Part shown: piece by piece, positions 63,461 to 64,000 of the stretch
Layout: each line of letters opens with the position of its first letter
How positions within the stretch are numbered: the first letter of the stretch is position 1
NCBI RefSeq assembly: GCF_030144855.1
Contig: NC_082712.1
Coordinates: forward strand, 124,062,001-124,126,000
Direction of reading: 5' to 3'
DNA: 64,000 bases
From: Hypanus sabinus
Taxonomy: Eukaryota
Position numbers and translations under genes: made by a program
The notes under the pieces: generated by a model
Database searches by the model: none
What the model was told of the DNA's origin: nothing
The model's input: only the letters and a program-made list of their open reading frames with translations

Positions 63461-64000
63461 TATTCATGCCTGTTTAGAAATCATAAGGCAGAGGGGAAGA
63501 AGCTGTTCCTAAATCACTGCATGCATGCCTTCAGGCTTCTGTACCTCCTTCTTGATGGTGCCAGTGTGAAGTGGGCATGTTCTGGATGGTGGGGATCCTC
63601 AATAATGGACATCGCCTTCCTCGGGCACCACTTCTTAAAGATGTCTTGAATACCCATGATGGAGCTGACCAACTTTGCATGTTTCTGCAACTTACTTCAA
63701 TCTTTTGCAGTCTCCCCTCCGTACCAGAGCACGAAACAACCAGTCAGAATGCTCTCCACAGCACATTTCTGTAAGAACTACCTCCTGGGACACCAGTGAC
63801 TATCAGGAAGAGTCTGGTTGACAGCCTGGAAAGACAGCAAACCGGGGCAGGTGGATTAGCAGCCCTAACCGCAGCTCCTGTAAAGGAGTACCCAAGCAGG
63901 CTATGGATCAAAGAATGGAAAGACACCCCCAGGGAAGCCCGAGAGGAGGGGGCAGAAGAGCTTCCCAGCTGGACAGATACAAGGCTACCAACACAGTGCA

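Noticed and set aside
63200-63467. ORFs crossing poly-X
   Set aside because: Artefacts of the 154-N assembly gap.
1-64000. CRISPR arrays, operons or other prokaryotic systems
   Set aside because: The sequence is spliced vertebrate DNA, and no regularly spaced repeat-spacer array was seen.

Overview
Eukaryotic, repeat-rich vertebrate genomic DNA, not prokaryotic. The repeat complement (V-SINE/HE1-like SINEs, CR1, Rex1/Babar, Penelope-like elements) suggests a cartilaginous fish, probably a ray; this is inferred. Three genes lie in the order known from human 11p15.5. PNPLA2/ATGL (- strand) is represented only by its first coding exon, 6855-7044. RPLP2 (- strand) is complete: 5 exons, 111 aa, 5'TOP/TCT start. 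PIDD1 (+ strand, head-to-head with RPLP2) has 10 coding exons, 37444-61483, giving 616 codons (LRRs, two ZU5 domains, both HFSW autoproteolysis sites, start of UPA), and continues beyond the window. Most of the rest is transposon-derived: CR1, Rex1/Babar and RTE LINE fragments, Penelope-like insertions carrying minimal hammerhead ribozyme motifs, a decayed full-length Tc1, Harbinger, Tigger and hAT derivatives, two solo LTRs and SINEs. The most interesting signals are (1) the PIDD1 leader, where a p53-type element overlaps a cluster of three upstream AUGs, one per frame, at a position resembling the mammalian altPIDD1 start; (2) TSD-flanked palindromic Penelope/hammerhead insertions in introns; and (3) possible PIDD1 first exons antisense to the RPLP2 promoter. 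There is a 154-nt N gap at 63239-63392. All alignments were made by eye, and the human comparisons are from memory.
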